Counted from the first letter of the stretch, positions 19,963 to 29,895 are shown. The stretch is DNA of 64,000 bases from an uncultured bacterium (GCA_965371515.1 CBDUYR010000009.1:1-64000); one strand, 5' to 3'. Made by a program: numbers and translations. The notes: a model not told the origin generated them from the sequence alone.

Positions 19963-21611
19963 TCGCCCTCCGTCTTCACGGCTTCGGCCTGCGCTTGGTC
20001 GGCCTGTGCTTGGTCGGCCTGTGCTTGCTCAGCCTGTGCTTGCTCAGCCTTCGCAAGCTCCTGCTTCTGGGCCGCGTAGGCGAACATCTCGTTCAGGGTC
20101 GAGGCCTCGTTAAACATCTCAAGAACCGCGTTGACCTCATCATCCTCGGGAAGGGTGGCCATGTAGGCCCCTTTCGTCCCGTAGAGCTTCCGGAAGACTT
20201 CGCGCCTGATCCCCAGCTCGACGTAATCGATGTTCTCCTCAGTCCAGCTGTCCTCCTCGTACTCGAATTCCTTCGCGTCGAGGTATTCACGGAACTCCTT
20301 CATCACGTCGTCTGTGACAACGAAGTCTTCGCCTACCTGCTTGTGCTCAGCCGTGTAGTGGACGGCGAACGAGAAGAATATGCTTTTGATCTCGAGGGCG
20401 CGCTGCAAGTCGGTCCATTTGGGCAATTCCATCACCCAGTCGGGCGTGATGCCTCCGCCGCCGTAGACGATGCGTCCGCCCGCGGTGTAGTACTCCTTCG
20501 TCGCATCATCTTCATCGACGATCTCGTTCCCCTCACGATCGCTGTCCTTGTGGATACTTCGTCCGCTCGGAGTGAAGTACTTCTGAGTGGTCAGTTTCAG
20601 CGCCGAATCCCGGCCTATCTTGAAGACGGTCTGGACCGAGCCTTTGCCGAAGGTCGGCTGGCCGACGATGAGGCCGCGGTCCCAGTCCTGCAGCGCGCCC
20701 GAGACGATCTCGGACGCCGAGGCGCTGGCACCGTTGACGAGCACAACAACGGGATAATCGTTGTGAACGTTCTTTCCGTTCGAATAGAACTTCCGGCTGT
20801 CGTCGGGCAGGCGGCTCTCCGTGTAGACGATCATCTTTCCCTTGTCGAGAAAGAGATCGGATACGTGGAACGCTGCGGTGAGAAGGCCGCCGGGGTTCGA
20901 CCTGAGATCGATCATTGCCCCCTTGATACCTTCCTTCTCCATCCCGTCGAGTATGGCGTCAAGGTCACGCGCCGTGTTCTCGGCGAACCTGGCGATCCTC
21001 ACGTAGCCGACACTGTCTATGACGTCGTAATAAGTGATGCTGGGCACGGTGATGATCTCGCGGGTTATGGTCACAGCCAGCGAGTCGATCTCGTTGCCGG
21101 CGGCCTCACGCCCCACGGTGATGTTGACCTGAGTGCCGGGCGCTCCCCTGAGCTTCCCGACCGCCTCGTCGCTGCTCCACCCTTCGGTGGACTCGCCCTC
21201 TATCTCGACGATCCTGTCACCAGCCTGGATACCCACCCTGTACGCCGGTGTATCCTCGATCGGGGATATCACCGTCGGAAACCCGTCCCTCACCGTAATC
21301 GTGATGCCGAGACCTCCGAACTCGCCCTTCGTGTCTATCATGAGGTTCTCGTACTGCCGCTTGTCGAGATACACAGAATGCGGATCGAGTTCCTCGAGGA
21401 TCCCGCGGATGGCGTCGTCGATTACGTCACCGAGCTCCTTCTCATCGACATAGAAGTCGAGGACCCTGGTCAGGACCTCGTTCAGCCTGTCTATCTCTTC
21501 GAGAGAAGTCTCCCTGTCTCTGCGCTGCTCCCCCGCTATTACATAGACCGCCGCTGCCACGAGCAGTATCACGGCCAGAGCCGATATCGCGAATCTCTTG
21601 TCGAGTCTCAA
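19959..21611 (-). CDS. ctpA: S41 family C-terminal processing protease (CtpA-like)
   Basis: LDPHS, PDZ FGGLGI, DLRSNPGG, SASASEIVSGALQD and TFGKGSVQ motifs; C-terminal AQA(E/D)Q repeats. Confidence 0.92.
   Translation of the reverse strand: MRLDKRFAISALAVILLVAAAVYVIAGEQRRDRETSLEEIDRLNEVLTRVLDFYVDEKELGDVIDDAIRGILEELDPHSVYLDKRQYENLMIDTKGEFGGLGITITVRDGFPTVISPIEDTPAYRVGIQAGDRIVEIEGESTEGWSSDEAVGKLRGAPGTQVNITVGREAAGNEIDSLAVTITREIITVPSITYYDVIDSVGYVRIARFAENTARDLDAILDGMEKEGIKGAMIDLRSNPGGLLTAAFHVSDLFLDKGKMIVYTESRLPDDSRKFYSNGKNVHNDYPVVVLVNGASASASEIVSGALQDWDRGLIVGQPTFGKGSVQTVFKIGRDSALKLTTQKYFTPSGRSIHKDSDREGNEIVDEDDATKEYYTAGGRIVYGGGGITPDWVMELPKWTDLQRALEIKSIFFSFAVHYTAEHKQVGEDFVVTDDVMKEFREYLDAKEFEYEEDSWTEENIDYVELGIRREVFRKLYGTKGAYMATLPEDDEVNAVLEMFNEASTLNEMFAYAAQKQELAKAEQAQAEQAQADQAQADQAQAEAVKTEGD
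19984..20050. repeat. 15-bp tandem repeat (about 4.5 copies) encoding the AQA(E/D)Q tail
   Basis: TC(G/A)GCCTG(C/T)GCTTG(G/C) units. Confidence 0.9.
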
Positions 21612-21742
21612 TGGAGACCTCCCCTTGTGTTGTTCAGTGCATCATCCCGGCCAGCGGGATATCCGTGCGCTCCCCCATGGGGCGCCACCCGCGGTACCCC
21701 TGAATATGGGGCCACCGGGAATCGGAATCAAACGCTTATTAA

Positions 21743-22405
21743 TTACAGGCTTTTTAACCCCGGCAGTGCCCGCAGGTTCCGTAGAACCGCCTCTATCACC
21801 TCGTCGATGGGAACGGAAGCATCTATGACCGCGACCCTGTCCGGCTCCCTCGATGCGATCCGCAGATATCCTTCCCTGACCTTCTCGTGAAAGGTCCTCT
21901 TCTCGAGTTCCAGCCTGTCCCTGCTCCGCATCCCTTCCGCCTCCCGCCTGTCAGGCCCCCTCTCGAACCCGTCGCTGACCTCGAGATCGAGCAGATATGT
22001 CCTGTCCGGCACCGCTCCCGCCACGGCGAACGAATTGAGGTCGGCCACGACATCCTCGCCGAGCCCCCTGGCCCAACCCTGGTACGCGACCGACGCGTCC
22101 ATGAACCTGTCGCAGAGAACACTCGTCCCGCTCTCCAGCGCGGGCCTTATCACCTCGCCCACGAGCTGTGCGCGGCTGGCCACGTAGAGAAGCAGCTCAG
22201 CCTGCGGAGAGATCGATGTGTTCGCCGGATCGAGCAGCATCTCCCTGATCTTTTCCGAGATCTCGTTTCCTCCCGGCTCGCGGGTGATGATGCATTCTAG
22301 ACCGGCCTGCAGGAACCTCTCCAGAATTGCTCGAGCCACCGTGGATTTGCCCGATCCCTCTATACCTTCGAAGGTTACAAAATATCCCTGTTTATCCTCA
22401 GTCAT
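21743..22405 (-). CDS. tmk: Thymidylate kinase
   Basis: FEGIEGSGKST, TREPGG and LCDRFMDASVAYQG motifs. Confidence 0.95.
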   Translation of the reverse strand: MTEDKQGYFVTFEGIEGSGKSTVARAILERFLQAGLECIITREPGGNEISEKIREMLLDPANTSISPQAELLLYVASRAQLVGEVIRPALESGTSVLCDRFMDASVAYQGWARGLGEDVVADLNSFAVAGAVPDRTYLLDLEVSDGFERGPDRREAEGMRSRDRLELEKRTFHEKVREGYLRIASREPDRVAVIDASVPIDEVIEAVLRNLRALPGLKSL

Positions 22406-22534
22406 CCGGCTTCCTTGTATTTCGCGGCCAGGCGACGCGCCTGCCGCATCCTCATTGCAATACGTGAATGATCAGCGCCTGTTTCATACATGTGTCTGTC
22501 CTTTGTTCTCGACCAACTCACGAATACTCCCGTT

Positions 22535-23914
22535 TCACGCGTGAGCCGTCAGCTTCCTTATTCTCTTCCTGAATCGCCTTATAAACATCGTGAACTTGAA
22601 CATCTCGTCGACTCCCGCCGCTATCCAGAGGCCCGCCAGTGACAGCCCCGCGGTGAACGCGAGATTGTAACCGAATATGACCTGGAAGATTATGACGCCG
22701 AAAAAGGCGAGGTACATCGGATAGCGGTTCTCGCCGATGCCGCGGAGGCTGAACGAGTATACATACGACAGTGCTTTCGGTATCTGGATAAGGGCGGCGA
22801 TCTTCAACGCGTAGACGCCGACCCGGATTACATCCGGATCTGATGTGAATATGATCACGAAGTGTCTCGCCCCGAAGTAGAGAACGGCGGTGATCACGAT
22901 GACCAGCCCGCTGACCAGCCAGGCGAACATCCTCGTCGTCTGCCTGGCCCTCGTGAATTCCCTCGCTCCGAAACGTTTTCCGACCAGCGTCAGCGCCGCC
23001 ATCCCGAACGCCTGGTACATCATCGAGAATATTCGCTGGTAAGTGAGTATGATGATGTGGCCTGCGGCGGCAGCCGGCGCGAGCCTGTTGCTGAATCCGA
23101 TGACGATCGTCATCCCGGTCATCCAGGCTAGCTGCTCGAGTGTGATCGGCGTGCCGGTCTGTATGATACGAACGATGCTGCGCCTGTTGATCTCCCTGAA
23201 ATCGCTCCAGTTGAATGTCAGTATCGAACGCCCCCGCAGTATGACGCTGAACGTGAAGAGGAATCCCACGGTATGCGCGATGCCGGCGGCCAGCGCCGCA
23301 CCCCTCACACCGAGCTCGGGGAATTTCCAGACGCCGAATATGAGGAGGACGGCGAGCACGAGGTGTATGCCGTTCACTAGCAGCCCCGTCACCATCGAGA
23401 GATGCGTGTCTCCCGCACCCCGCACGATGCCGATAGCGACGAAGTTCATGATGATGAACGGCGCGAACCACGATACGGTCCTGAGGTAATCGACTCCGAT
23501 CGCAGTCACCGCCTCGGACGTACCCAGCACGGTCCTGAAAATCAGGGGCGCCGCGAAATACCAGATCAGCGCGATGCCTATCGCGGGAAAGATGGCTGTA
23601 AATACCGTCTGGCCGAGGAAGTGGTTCGCGTCTTCCTTCCTGTCCGCACCGAGCAGCCTGACGATGATGATCGATGCTCCGAAGACGAATATCAGGAGGA
23701 TAGTGCACGTGTAGAGTATCACCTGGACGATGTTCCCGACGGCCGTCAGCGCGTCCACGCCCGTCGCGCCGGTCCCGGGATAGTACTTAGCCAGTGTCGA
23801 GATCGCTATGTGCCCGACCAGCGTCGTCTCGATCGTCCACATAAGGATCTGCGCGCCCAGATCTATCAGGATCGGCACGGAAGTCTTCAGGATAGGCCGG
23901 ATACTGCGTTTCAT
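22535..23914 (-). CDS. MATE family efflux transporter
   Basis: About 12 TM segments; RGAGDT, FPELGVRGAALA and LRGIGE motifs. Confidence 0.9.
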   Translation of the reverse strand: MKRSIRPILKTSVPILIDLGAQILMWTIETTLVGHIAISTLAKYYPGTGATGVDALTAVGNIVQVILYTCTILLIFVFGASIIIVRLLGADRKEDANHFLGQTVFTAIFPAIGIALIWYFAAPLIFRTVLGTSEAVTAIGVDYLRTVSWFAPFIIMNFVAIGIVRGAGDTHLSMVTGLLVNGIHLVLAVLLIFGVWKFPELGVRGAALAAGIAHTVGFLFTFSVILRGRSILTFNWSDFREINRRSIVRIIQTGTPITLEQLAWMTGMTIVIGFSNRLAPAAAAGHIIILTYQRIFSMMYQAFGMAALTLVGKRFGAREFTRARQTTRMFAWLVSGLVIVITAVLYFGARHFVIIFTSDPDVIRVGVYALKIAALIQIPKALSYVYSFSLRGIGENRYPMYLAFFGVIIFQVIFGYNLAFTAGLSLAGLWIAAGVDEMFKFTMFIRRFRKRIRKLTAHA

Positions 23915-23980
23915 CGTGTCAAAAAAGTGCGCGGGCCGGGATCAGACTTCTTCCGGCGACTCTCCGTCGGCAGTGATATT

Positions 23981-24589
23981 TCAGATATCCTCCGTCGGCC
24001 TGTTGCCTCCGGTGATATTCCGGACATGAAGGACCCGCTGGATAAAAGTATATATGCTGAGTATCGCCAGCAGGATAATGACGGCGTCGAGAATCCTGCC
24101 TCCGAACAGCAGGCCCGTAACCAGCAGCACGACACGTTCAGGCCGCTCGAGGATACCGACCGCGCAGTCGAGGCCGAGGCCCTCTGCTCTCGCTCGTGCG
24201 TAGCTCGTAAGGAAGGAGCCGGCCAGGGCGGCGAGCGTGAAGAAGATCATTACACCGCTTCCCCTGCCCGAGTAATAGAGGGCCAGGGCGGCGAAATACG
24301 CGAATTCGGAGATCCTGTCCCCGGTCGAATCGAAGAAGGCCCCGAATTTCGATGTCTTTCCTGTCTTGCGGGCGAGCGAACCGTCGAGAGTGTCGCACAT
24401 GCTCGCCACCACCAGTATTATACCGCCGGCGACCAGTCTGCCTGCCCCGGCGAACAGGGCACCCAGGACGCTGATGGCGACTCCGGCCAGCGACACACCC
24501 ATCGGTGTCACACCCATCGAATCGAGCATGTCCACCACCGGGGACATCAGCACTCTGAAGTGTTCCTTAATAATAGACTTGTCGATCAT
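23981..24589 (-). CDS. CDP-alcohol phosphatidyltransferase
   Basis: DTLDGSLAR...GAFFDSTGDR signature and SYARARAE. Confidence 0.9.
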   Translation of the reverse strand: MIDKSIIKEHFRVLMSPVVDMLDSMGVTPMGVSLAGVAISVLGALFAGAGRLVAGGIILVVASMCDTLDGSLARKTGKTSKFGAFFDSTGDRISEFAYFAALALYYSGRGSGVMIFFTLAALAGSFLTSYARARAEGLGLDCAVGILERPERVVLLVTGLLFGGRILDAVIILLAILSIYTFIQRVLHVRNITGGNRPTEDI

Positions 24590-24664
24590 GCCGTTTAGCG
24601 GTCCTTCCGTGTCTCTGGGAATATTCACGTATCGACGGATTATGAAACCTGAACCGTCATGCTG

Positions 24665-25369
24665 TCAAGCGGTTCCGCCCCTTCCCCTTTTCCCCGCTCC
24701 GCGGACGAGCAACGTTATCTCGCCCCTGACCCGGCGCCCCGCGAACTGCCCGGCCAGTTCTCCAGCGCTGCCCCGCGCCACCTCTTCGTGCAGCTTGGTC
24801 AGCTCCCTCGCGACTACAGCCTGGCGGTCAGGCAGCACCTCGGCAAGTGCCTCGAGTGTCGAGATTATCCTGTGGGGGCTCTCGAAAAACACCGCAGTAC
24901 CTGCCGCGGCGCCCGCCTCCTCGAACAGCCTTACCCTCGCGCCCTTCTTCCTCGGAACGTAGCCGTAGAATGTGAACCTGTCGGTGGGAAGCCCCGACAC
25001 GACCAGGGCATGCATCACCGAACTCGGCCCGGGCAGGGCGGTGAACTCTATCCCTCTCTCGATCAGCGCCCTGACGAGATAATATCCGGGATCGGAGATA
25101 CCGGGCGTGCCGGCGTCGGTCACCAGGGCTCCTGTCTCTCCACCCTCGATCCTGTCGAGTATGCCGGGAGTGGCCCTTTCTTTATTATGATCATGATACG
25201 AAATCATTCTGCTATTGATGCCGTAATGCTTCAGAAGGATACCGGACTTTCTCGTATCCTCGGCCAGTATGAAGTCGACCGATGCGAGGATCTCGGCGGC
25301 GCGGCGGGCCAGGTCGGAAAGGTTTCCGATGGGGGTGCTTACGAGATAAAAGGAGAACTCTCTCATCAT
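24665..25369 (-). CDS. rsmI: 16S rRNA (cytidine1402-2'-O)-methyltransferase
   Basis: TPIGNL, AEDTR, DAGTPGISDPG, FESPHR and ARELTKLHEE motifs. Confidence 0.95.
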   Translation of the reverse strand: MMREFSFYLVSTPIGNLSDLARRAAEILASVDFILAEDTRKSGILLKHYGINSRMISYHDHNKERATPGILDRIEGGETGALVTDAGTPGISDPGYYLVRALIERGIEFTALPGPSSVMHALVVSGLPTDRFTFYGYVPRKKGARVRLFEEAGAAAGTAVFFESPHRIISTLEALAEVLPDRQAVVARELTKLHEEVARGSAGELAGQFAGRRVRGEITLLVRGAGKRGRGGTA

Positions 25370-26397
25370 TCAGCGGCGATTCCCGGGAACGCCTCCTCGA
25401 AATAGTCGATGTCGTCGTCTGTTATGTCGAGATGGGTGACCATCCTGACCCTGTCGGGACCGATCGCCAGGGCGAGCAGTCCCCTGTCGGCGAGCTTCGA
25501 GACAAACTCGGCGGCGTCGGCGCCGCCGATAGTGAATATCACGATATTGGTGTCGACGGGAAAGACGAGCTCCATGCCGGGGGTCTCCTCGACTATGCGC
25601 CCTATCCGGGCCGCGCGCGCGTGATCGTCGGCGAGACGTTCGACGTTGTTGTCGAGGGCGTAGAGACAGGCAGCCGCCAGGATGCCCACCTGGCGCATCG
25701 CACCGCCGAGTCTCTTTCTCCAGAACCTCGCCTTCTCGACGGTCTCCGCATCGGAGATCAGGATCGAGCCGACAGGCGTTCCAAGACCCTTGGAAAAGCA
25801 GATATTAATTGAATCGGCCAGGGCGCCGTATCTCTCGAACGTGATCCCCGTTGCAACAACGGCATTGGCAAGCCTGGCGCCGTCCATGTGCAATCTCAGT
25901 CCCCTGGCGGCGGCGAACTTCGATACTGCCTCGAGGCGCTCGATCGGGTATATACGGCCCCCGCCCCTGTTGTGGGTGTTCTCCACTGTCACGAGCGTCG
26001 TTTTCGCATGGTGGATGTTCACCGGCCTGACGGCACGTTCGAGCTCATCTTCAGGAAGGAATCCGTCGGGGCTGTCGAGAGTATAAAACTGCACACCGCC
26101 GATTACGGCCGAGCCCCCCGCCTCGTAGTTGATTATATGACAGTTACGATCGAGTATGATCTCGTCGCCCGGCGAGGTCTGCGTGAGGACCCCGAGCAGG
26201 TTCGCCATAGTACCGCTCGGCACGTATAATGCCGCTTCCTTTCCGAGGAGCAAGGCCATCCTCTCCTCGAGGACACGGACGGTAGGATCGTCACCGAGCA
26301 CATCGTCGCCGACCTTCGCCTCAACCATCGCCTGACGCATTCCAGCGGACGGCTTTGTCACAGTGTCGCTTCTGAGATCTACGACGCGGTCGCTCAT
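25366..26397 (-). CDS. ltaE: Low-specificity L-threonine aldolase
   Basis: DLRSDTVTKP, VGDDV, ENTHN, HMDGARL and CFSKGLG motifs. Confidence 0.92.
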   Translation of the reverse strand: MSDRVVDLRSDTVTKPSAGMRQAMVEAKVGDDVLGDDPTVRVLEERMALLLGKEAALYVPSGTMANLLGVLTQTSPGDEIILDRNCHIINYEAGGSAVIGGVQFYTLDSPDGFLPEDELERAVRPVNIHHAKTTLVTVENTHNRGGGRIYPIERLEAVSKFAAARGLRLHMDGARLANAVVATGITFERYGALADSINICFSKGLGTPVGSILISDAETVEKARFWRKRLGGAMRQVGILAAACLYALDNNVERLADDHARAARIGRIVEETPGMELVFPVDTNIVIFTIGGADAAEFVSKLADRGLLALAIGPDRVRMVTHLDITDDDIDYFEEAFPGIAAE

Positions 26398-26497
26398 ATT
26401 CCTCTCCCATAGGATCGATTAAGCTTTTGCTTGATACAATACCCCGTCGTTCCGCCGCGGGGCGGAGCCGGGTCGTGATGCGGCCTTGCGGTCCGGA

Positions 26498-26776
26498 TCA
26501 GGGCTGTGCGACGAGCTCCTTGAGCTCTCTCGACACTTTGAACACCGGAACCTTGCGGTCGGGAACCGGTACAGGTTCGCCGGTCCTGGGGTTCCGGGCC
26601 ATCCGCGCCTTGCGGTCCTTTACCTTGAAGGTCCCGAACCCGCGGATTTCGTAATGCTTACCTTCAGCGAGTCCCTTCGAGATGCTCGCGAGAAACTGGT
26701 CCACAGCCTCGGCGACCTCTTTCTTCGTCAGACCCGTCCTGCTGGCAATGTTTTCCACGATTTCCGCTTTAGTCAT
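26498..26776 (-). CDS. HU/IHF family DNA-binding protein
   Basis: MTKAEIV, GFGTF and ARNPRTGE motifs; strong RBS. Confidence 0.95.
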   Translation of the reverse strand: MTKAEIVENIASRTGLTKKEVAEAVDQFLASISKGLAEGKHYEIRGFGTFKVKDRKARMARNPRTGEPVPVPDRKVPVFKVSRELKELVAQP

Positions 26777-27145
26777 TTACCCTTCCTCCTTCCAGGCAGC
26801 AGGAGCCTATGCCCCTCCACATGGTTTGCTCATAAGCACACTATTGAACAATCAAATACCCTATAAGTTAAAATGTGTCAAGGGAAAAGAGAGATGGAAC
26901 CCGTAGCTGCCCCACGCCTGTCAGAGACAGTGGGTGCATACGGCGGCCAGACATCCTGACATCTGCCGTTTTTGCATCGGACGCGTTGCAAGTGGCAAGC
27001 CGCACAGGCCGGGGACCGTAACTGTCCGGGGAACAACGGGGAATCACAAGGACCAGAGAGCAACATCCCCTTTTCCCCCATAGATCTGTACAAGCCCCTG
27101 CCGATAAAGGAAGAACGGGGCATCAGGACTTTTTTGACAACGCTC

Positions 27146-27161
27146 TGGTATGCACCTTGCT
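27146..27161 (+). promoter_or_regulatory. Putative sigma-54 promoter
   Basis: TGGTATGCACCTTGCT, with GG-N10-GC spacing. Confidence 0.65.
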
Positions 27162-27171
27162 GTTTAGTTCG

Positions 27172-27240
27172 AACGCTGCGAGGTGGTCGCCGCCTTCACG
27201 AACCCGACCCTGCATCGTATCATCTCGCAGCGCTTTTTTT
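27172..27240 (+). ncRNA. Candidate ~70-nt hairpin small RNA
   Basis: 14-bp stem (27174-27187 with 27219-27232, two G-U pairs), 31-nt loop and T7 tail. It begins about 12 nt after the sigma-54 GC, and no credible + strand gene follows. Confidence 0.6.
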
Positions 27241-27307
27241 GCGCCGTATCGCGGGACATTCTTACGTCCTGTGGAGGCGTTTTTTCATGTCCGGAGGATA
27301 ATGGAGA

Positions 27308-28045
27308 TCACGGCAGGCCCAGCATCAGGTGACACTGCGGTATGATCCGTACGTCCTCGAGCAGGGGAGCCGCCAGAGCCGCAAGATCGAGAAGGAGTTG
27401 TGGGTCAGGCGGTATGCAGGCCCCGGCTGGAGTAGCCGGCTGTATGACAAGCGGTATCCCCGCATCGAGCTCCGCTATCAGCGTGACCGCCTTTTCGAAC
27501 TCCTCTTTATCGGTGCCACCGGCGATCACAATCTTGCAGAACAGGGCCTTTTCGATCGCGACTTTCAGTGTCTCCCTGTAGGCGGGGAAAACGTTGTCGC
27601 CGCCGCACAGAGAGGGCAGCTTGATGTCGAGAGAGATTATGTCGACTAGAGGCATGATGGACTCCAGCCCGGCAGTGTCCAACCCGTTCGTTTCGAGATA
27701 GAGGGGCAGCCCGCCCCTTCGCACCAGCTCGAGAAAGTCTGCGAGGAACTCGGGCTGCTCGAGCGGTTCGCCGCCCGTGATGCTTATTGAATGGGTACCG
27801 GGCATGGCGGCGAGAGACAGCGTCAGCGTTGCTGCGGCCTCGGGGCTGACGGGATTTTCCAGCTCGACGGCACCGCCGGGCATCCTGCAGGTGCAGCTCT
27901 CGACCCTCTCCTTCGCAGCTTCCGTATCGCAGTATGAACAAGAGAAGCCGCAGCCCGACAGCCTCACGAAGGCCTGCATCACTCCAGTGTAGATCCCCTC
28001 ACCCTGGACCGAGCGGAACATCTCGTGCAACCAGCCTCCCGTCAT
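27308..28045 (-). CDS. queE: 7-carboxy-7-deazaguanine synthase (radical SAM)
   Basis: SVQGEG, CGFSCSYCDT, ITGGEP, LETNG and IPQCH motifs. Confidence 0.9.
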   Translation of the reverse strand: MTGGWLHEMFRSVQGEGIYTGVMQAFVRLSGCGFSCSYCDTEAAKERVESCTCRMPGGAVELENPVSPEAAATLTLSLAAMPGTHSISITGGEPLEQPEFLADFLELVRRGGLPLYLETNGLDTAGLESIMPLVDIISLDIKLPSLCGGDNVFPAYRETLKVAIEKALFCKIVIAGGTDKEEFEKAVTLIAELDAGIPLVIQPATPAGACIPPDPQLLLDLAALAAPLLEDVRIIPQCHLMLGLP

Positions 28046-28614
28046 CCTACACCCCTGACTTTACGTATGGCCCTGTCGATGGAGAGACATTCCTGCCTGT
28101 ACCTCTCGAGAACGGCCACAGTAAATCTCTCCTCGTCCACGCCGATCTCTCCCAGGCCGACCGCCGGAACCGGCGCGCCCTGCGGGTCTATGTTAACGCC
28201 GCAGTGGAAGACGGTCGAGACGGGTGTGACTGTCGCGATGGCAACGGTAAGCTTCTTCCCCGCGATGTAGAGATCGTCCCCGTCTCTGTTAAGAACGAGA
28301 GTCGGCACGAGTTCTCTGATCAATTCACCGACGATGCTGACAAACAGGCGCAGCCTGTAGTTGGTCTCCCTGAGCGTGCATTCGAAATGCTCCCCGATAA
28401 AATGAAGCATCTCCTCGGCGATGATGCTGCTGTGCTGGTCGGCGTCTTCGAGGTCTACCAGACGCGAGCCCGTCACGGCGCACGCTCCCCTGAACGCCAC
28501 GACGCCGTCCGACGTGATGCCGGCCTTCCCCCTCACGAAATGGCTGCGCAGCTGATCGCCGGTGTAGTCGATACGCTCCTCGAGGATCTTCGTCTCAAGC
28601 ATCAGATCATCCAT
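28042..28614 (-). CDS. DUF366 family protein
   Basis: YTGDQLRSHF, VAFRGAC.V, LVDLED, MLHFI.EHF, GDDLY...KLTVAIAT and H.GVNI match my recollection of DUF366. Confidence 0.75.
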   Translation of the reverse strand: MDDLMLETKILEERIDYTGDQLRSHFVRGKAGITSDGVVAFRGACAVTGSRLVDLEDADQHSSIIAEEMLHFIGEHFECTLRETNYRLRLFVSIVGELIRELVPTLVLNRDGDDLYIAGKKLTVAIATVTPVSTVFHCGVNIDPQGAPVPAVGLGEIGVDEERFTVAVLERYRQECLSIDRAIRKVRGVG

Positions 28615-28656
28615 CTCCTGTTATCGTTTTCCCTTGAGTCACAGGTCGTCCCTGCA

Positions 28657-29364
28657 TCATCGGTCGTCTTCAAAGAAGATCGAAGCCCGGGCGTGCGTTC
28701 CGCCGACTGCCCTCTTGAGCCGGACACACGACTCGCATCTCCCGCACATCCTTTCGCCGCCGCGGTAGCACGACCAGATGTGATCCCAGGGCAGGTCGAG
28801 TTCTATCCCCCGTTCGACTACCTCTTTCTTCTGCATTGCCAGGGTCGGGCTTTCCACCCTTACCGGCGCACCTGTGCTTATGGCAAGCGCCCTGTTGACG
28901 ACATCGACGAACTCCTCGCTGTTGTCGGGAAAGGCGCCGGCCTCCTCGCTGTTGAATCCGGTTATGATCACGGCTGCACCGCGGGCGGCGGCGAAGGCCG
29001 CTGCGACGTTGACGAAGATCCCGTTGCGGTTTTCGACCCAGACAGCCCTCGAAACGCGGGCCTGGTCGTCGGGATGGCCCTCGGCGGGATAGTCCGGAGT
29101 ATCGTCTCCGCCCGGGGTCATCGTCGACGAAGAGATATGCCCGAGCCACTGCAGTTCGACCTTCTCGAACGCCGTTCCGTAATGATCAGCGAAGGCCTTC
29201 GAGGACTTCTCCTCCTTCTCTGCGGGTACCTGTCCATAATCAAAGAAGATCGAGAGACCCACGTCGTACTCACCGGCCGCGATAGCCAGCGAAACGGCGG
29301 AATCGAGCCCGCCCGACAGGAGAACAACCGCCGATTCCCTGCCCTTCGCAACATCATTCTCCAT
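28657..29364 (-). CDS. queC: 7-cyano-7-deazaguanine synthase
   Basis: LLSGGLDS, FDYGQ, WVENRNGIF and WSCY...CGRCESC motifs; start MENDVAK. Confidence 0.93.
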   Translation of the reverse strand: MENDVAKGRESAVVLLSGGLDSAVSLAIAAGEYDVGLSIFFDYGQVPAEKEEKSSKAFADHYGTAFEKVELQWLGHISSSTMTPGGDDTPDYPAEGHPDDQARVSRAVWVENRNGIFVNVAAAFAAARGAAVIITGFNSEEAGAFPDNSEEFVDVVNRALAISTGAPVRVESPTLAMQKKEVVERGIELDLPWDHIWSCYRGGERMCGRCESCVRLKRAVGGTHARASIFFEDDR

Positions 29365-29734
29365 AGCGCACCATATCCTTCGATGTTTCCCAGAGTTCGA
29401 CTTCCCTGAGCAGACCTCCCTCGAACACCAGTTTTTCGCGGCACATTCTGAATATCTCGGCAGCGAGGTTCTCCGAGGTCGGGCTGATCGTGTCGAACGG
29501 AGGGATATGGTTGAGATGCAGATGATCGAATCTCGGCAGGACGACCTTCTCGAGCCCCGTTTTGAGCTCGAGATAGTCGATGGTAAGTCCCCTGCCATCG
29601 ACCGCCTCGAATTCGTAGTAAACCCGCAGGACCCAGTTGTGTCCGTGCACTCTCGAGCACATACCGTCGTACTCATCGAGGCAGTGAGACGACGAAAACT
29701 CGATCTCTGTCGAGACAGTCCATTTTCCAGTCAT
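29354..29734 (-). CDS. queD: 6-carboxy-5,6,7,8-tetrahydropterin synthase
   Basis: FSSSH, C.RVHGHNW, DHLHLN, PTSENLA and ELWET motifs. Confidence 0.93.
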   Translation of the reverse strand: MTGKWTVSTEIEFSSSHCLDEYDGMCSRVHGHNWVLRVYYEFEAVDGRGLTIDYLELKTGLEKVVLPRFDHLHLNHIPPFDTISPTSENLAAEIFRMCREKLVFEGGLLREVELWETSKDMVRYGE

Positions 29735-29895
29735 AATCCCCCGGACGCCCTGTGAAAGGAATGTAACCCTTTATCTGCATGCCGCTTATGCATAATGCAA
29801 ACGGGGGCGTCTGCGGCGGCCCGCATGCGCCCGTGAATGTACACCTAACTCCCCGCCTTATCAACGGTTAAAACACGCCGAAAAATTATCCCGGC

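Noticed and set aside
21670..21720. Repeated ATGGGG(CG)CCACC between tmk and ctpA
   Set aside because: Only two short imperfect copies in GC-rich DNA; no function can be supported.
19995..21890. 631-aa + strand ORF (also 27934-29409, 13855-15192 and 49370-50893)
   Set aside because: These fully overlap well-supported minus-strand genes and are shadow ORFs.
29735..29880. preQ1 riboswitch upstream of queD
   Set aside because: I could not find the preQ1-I stem-loop with an A-rich tail on the minus strand; an Infernal scan would settle it.
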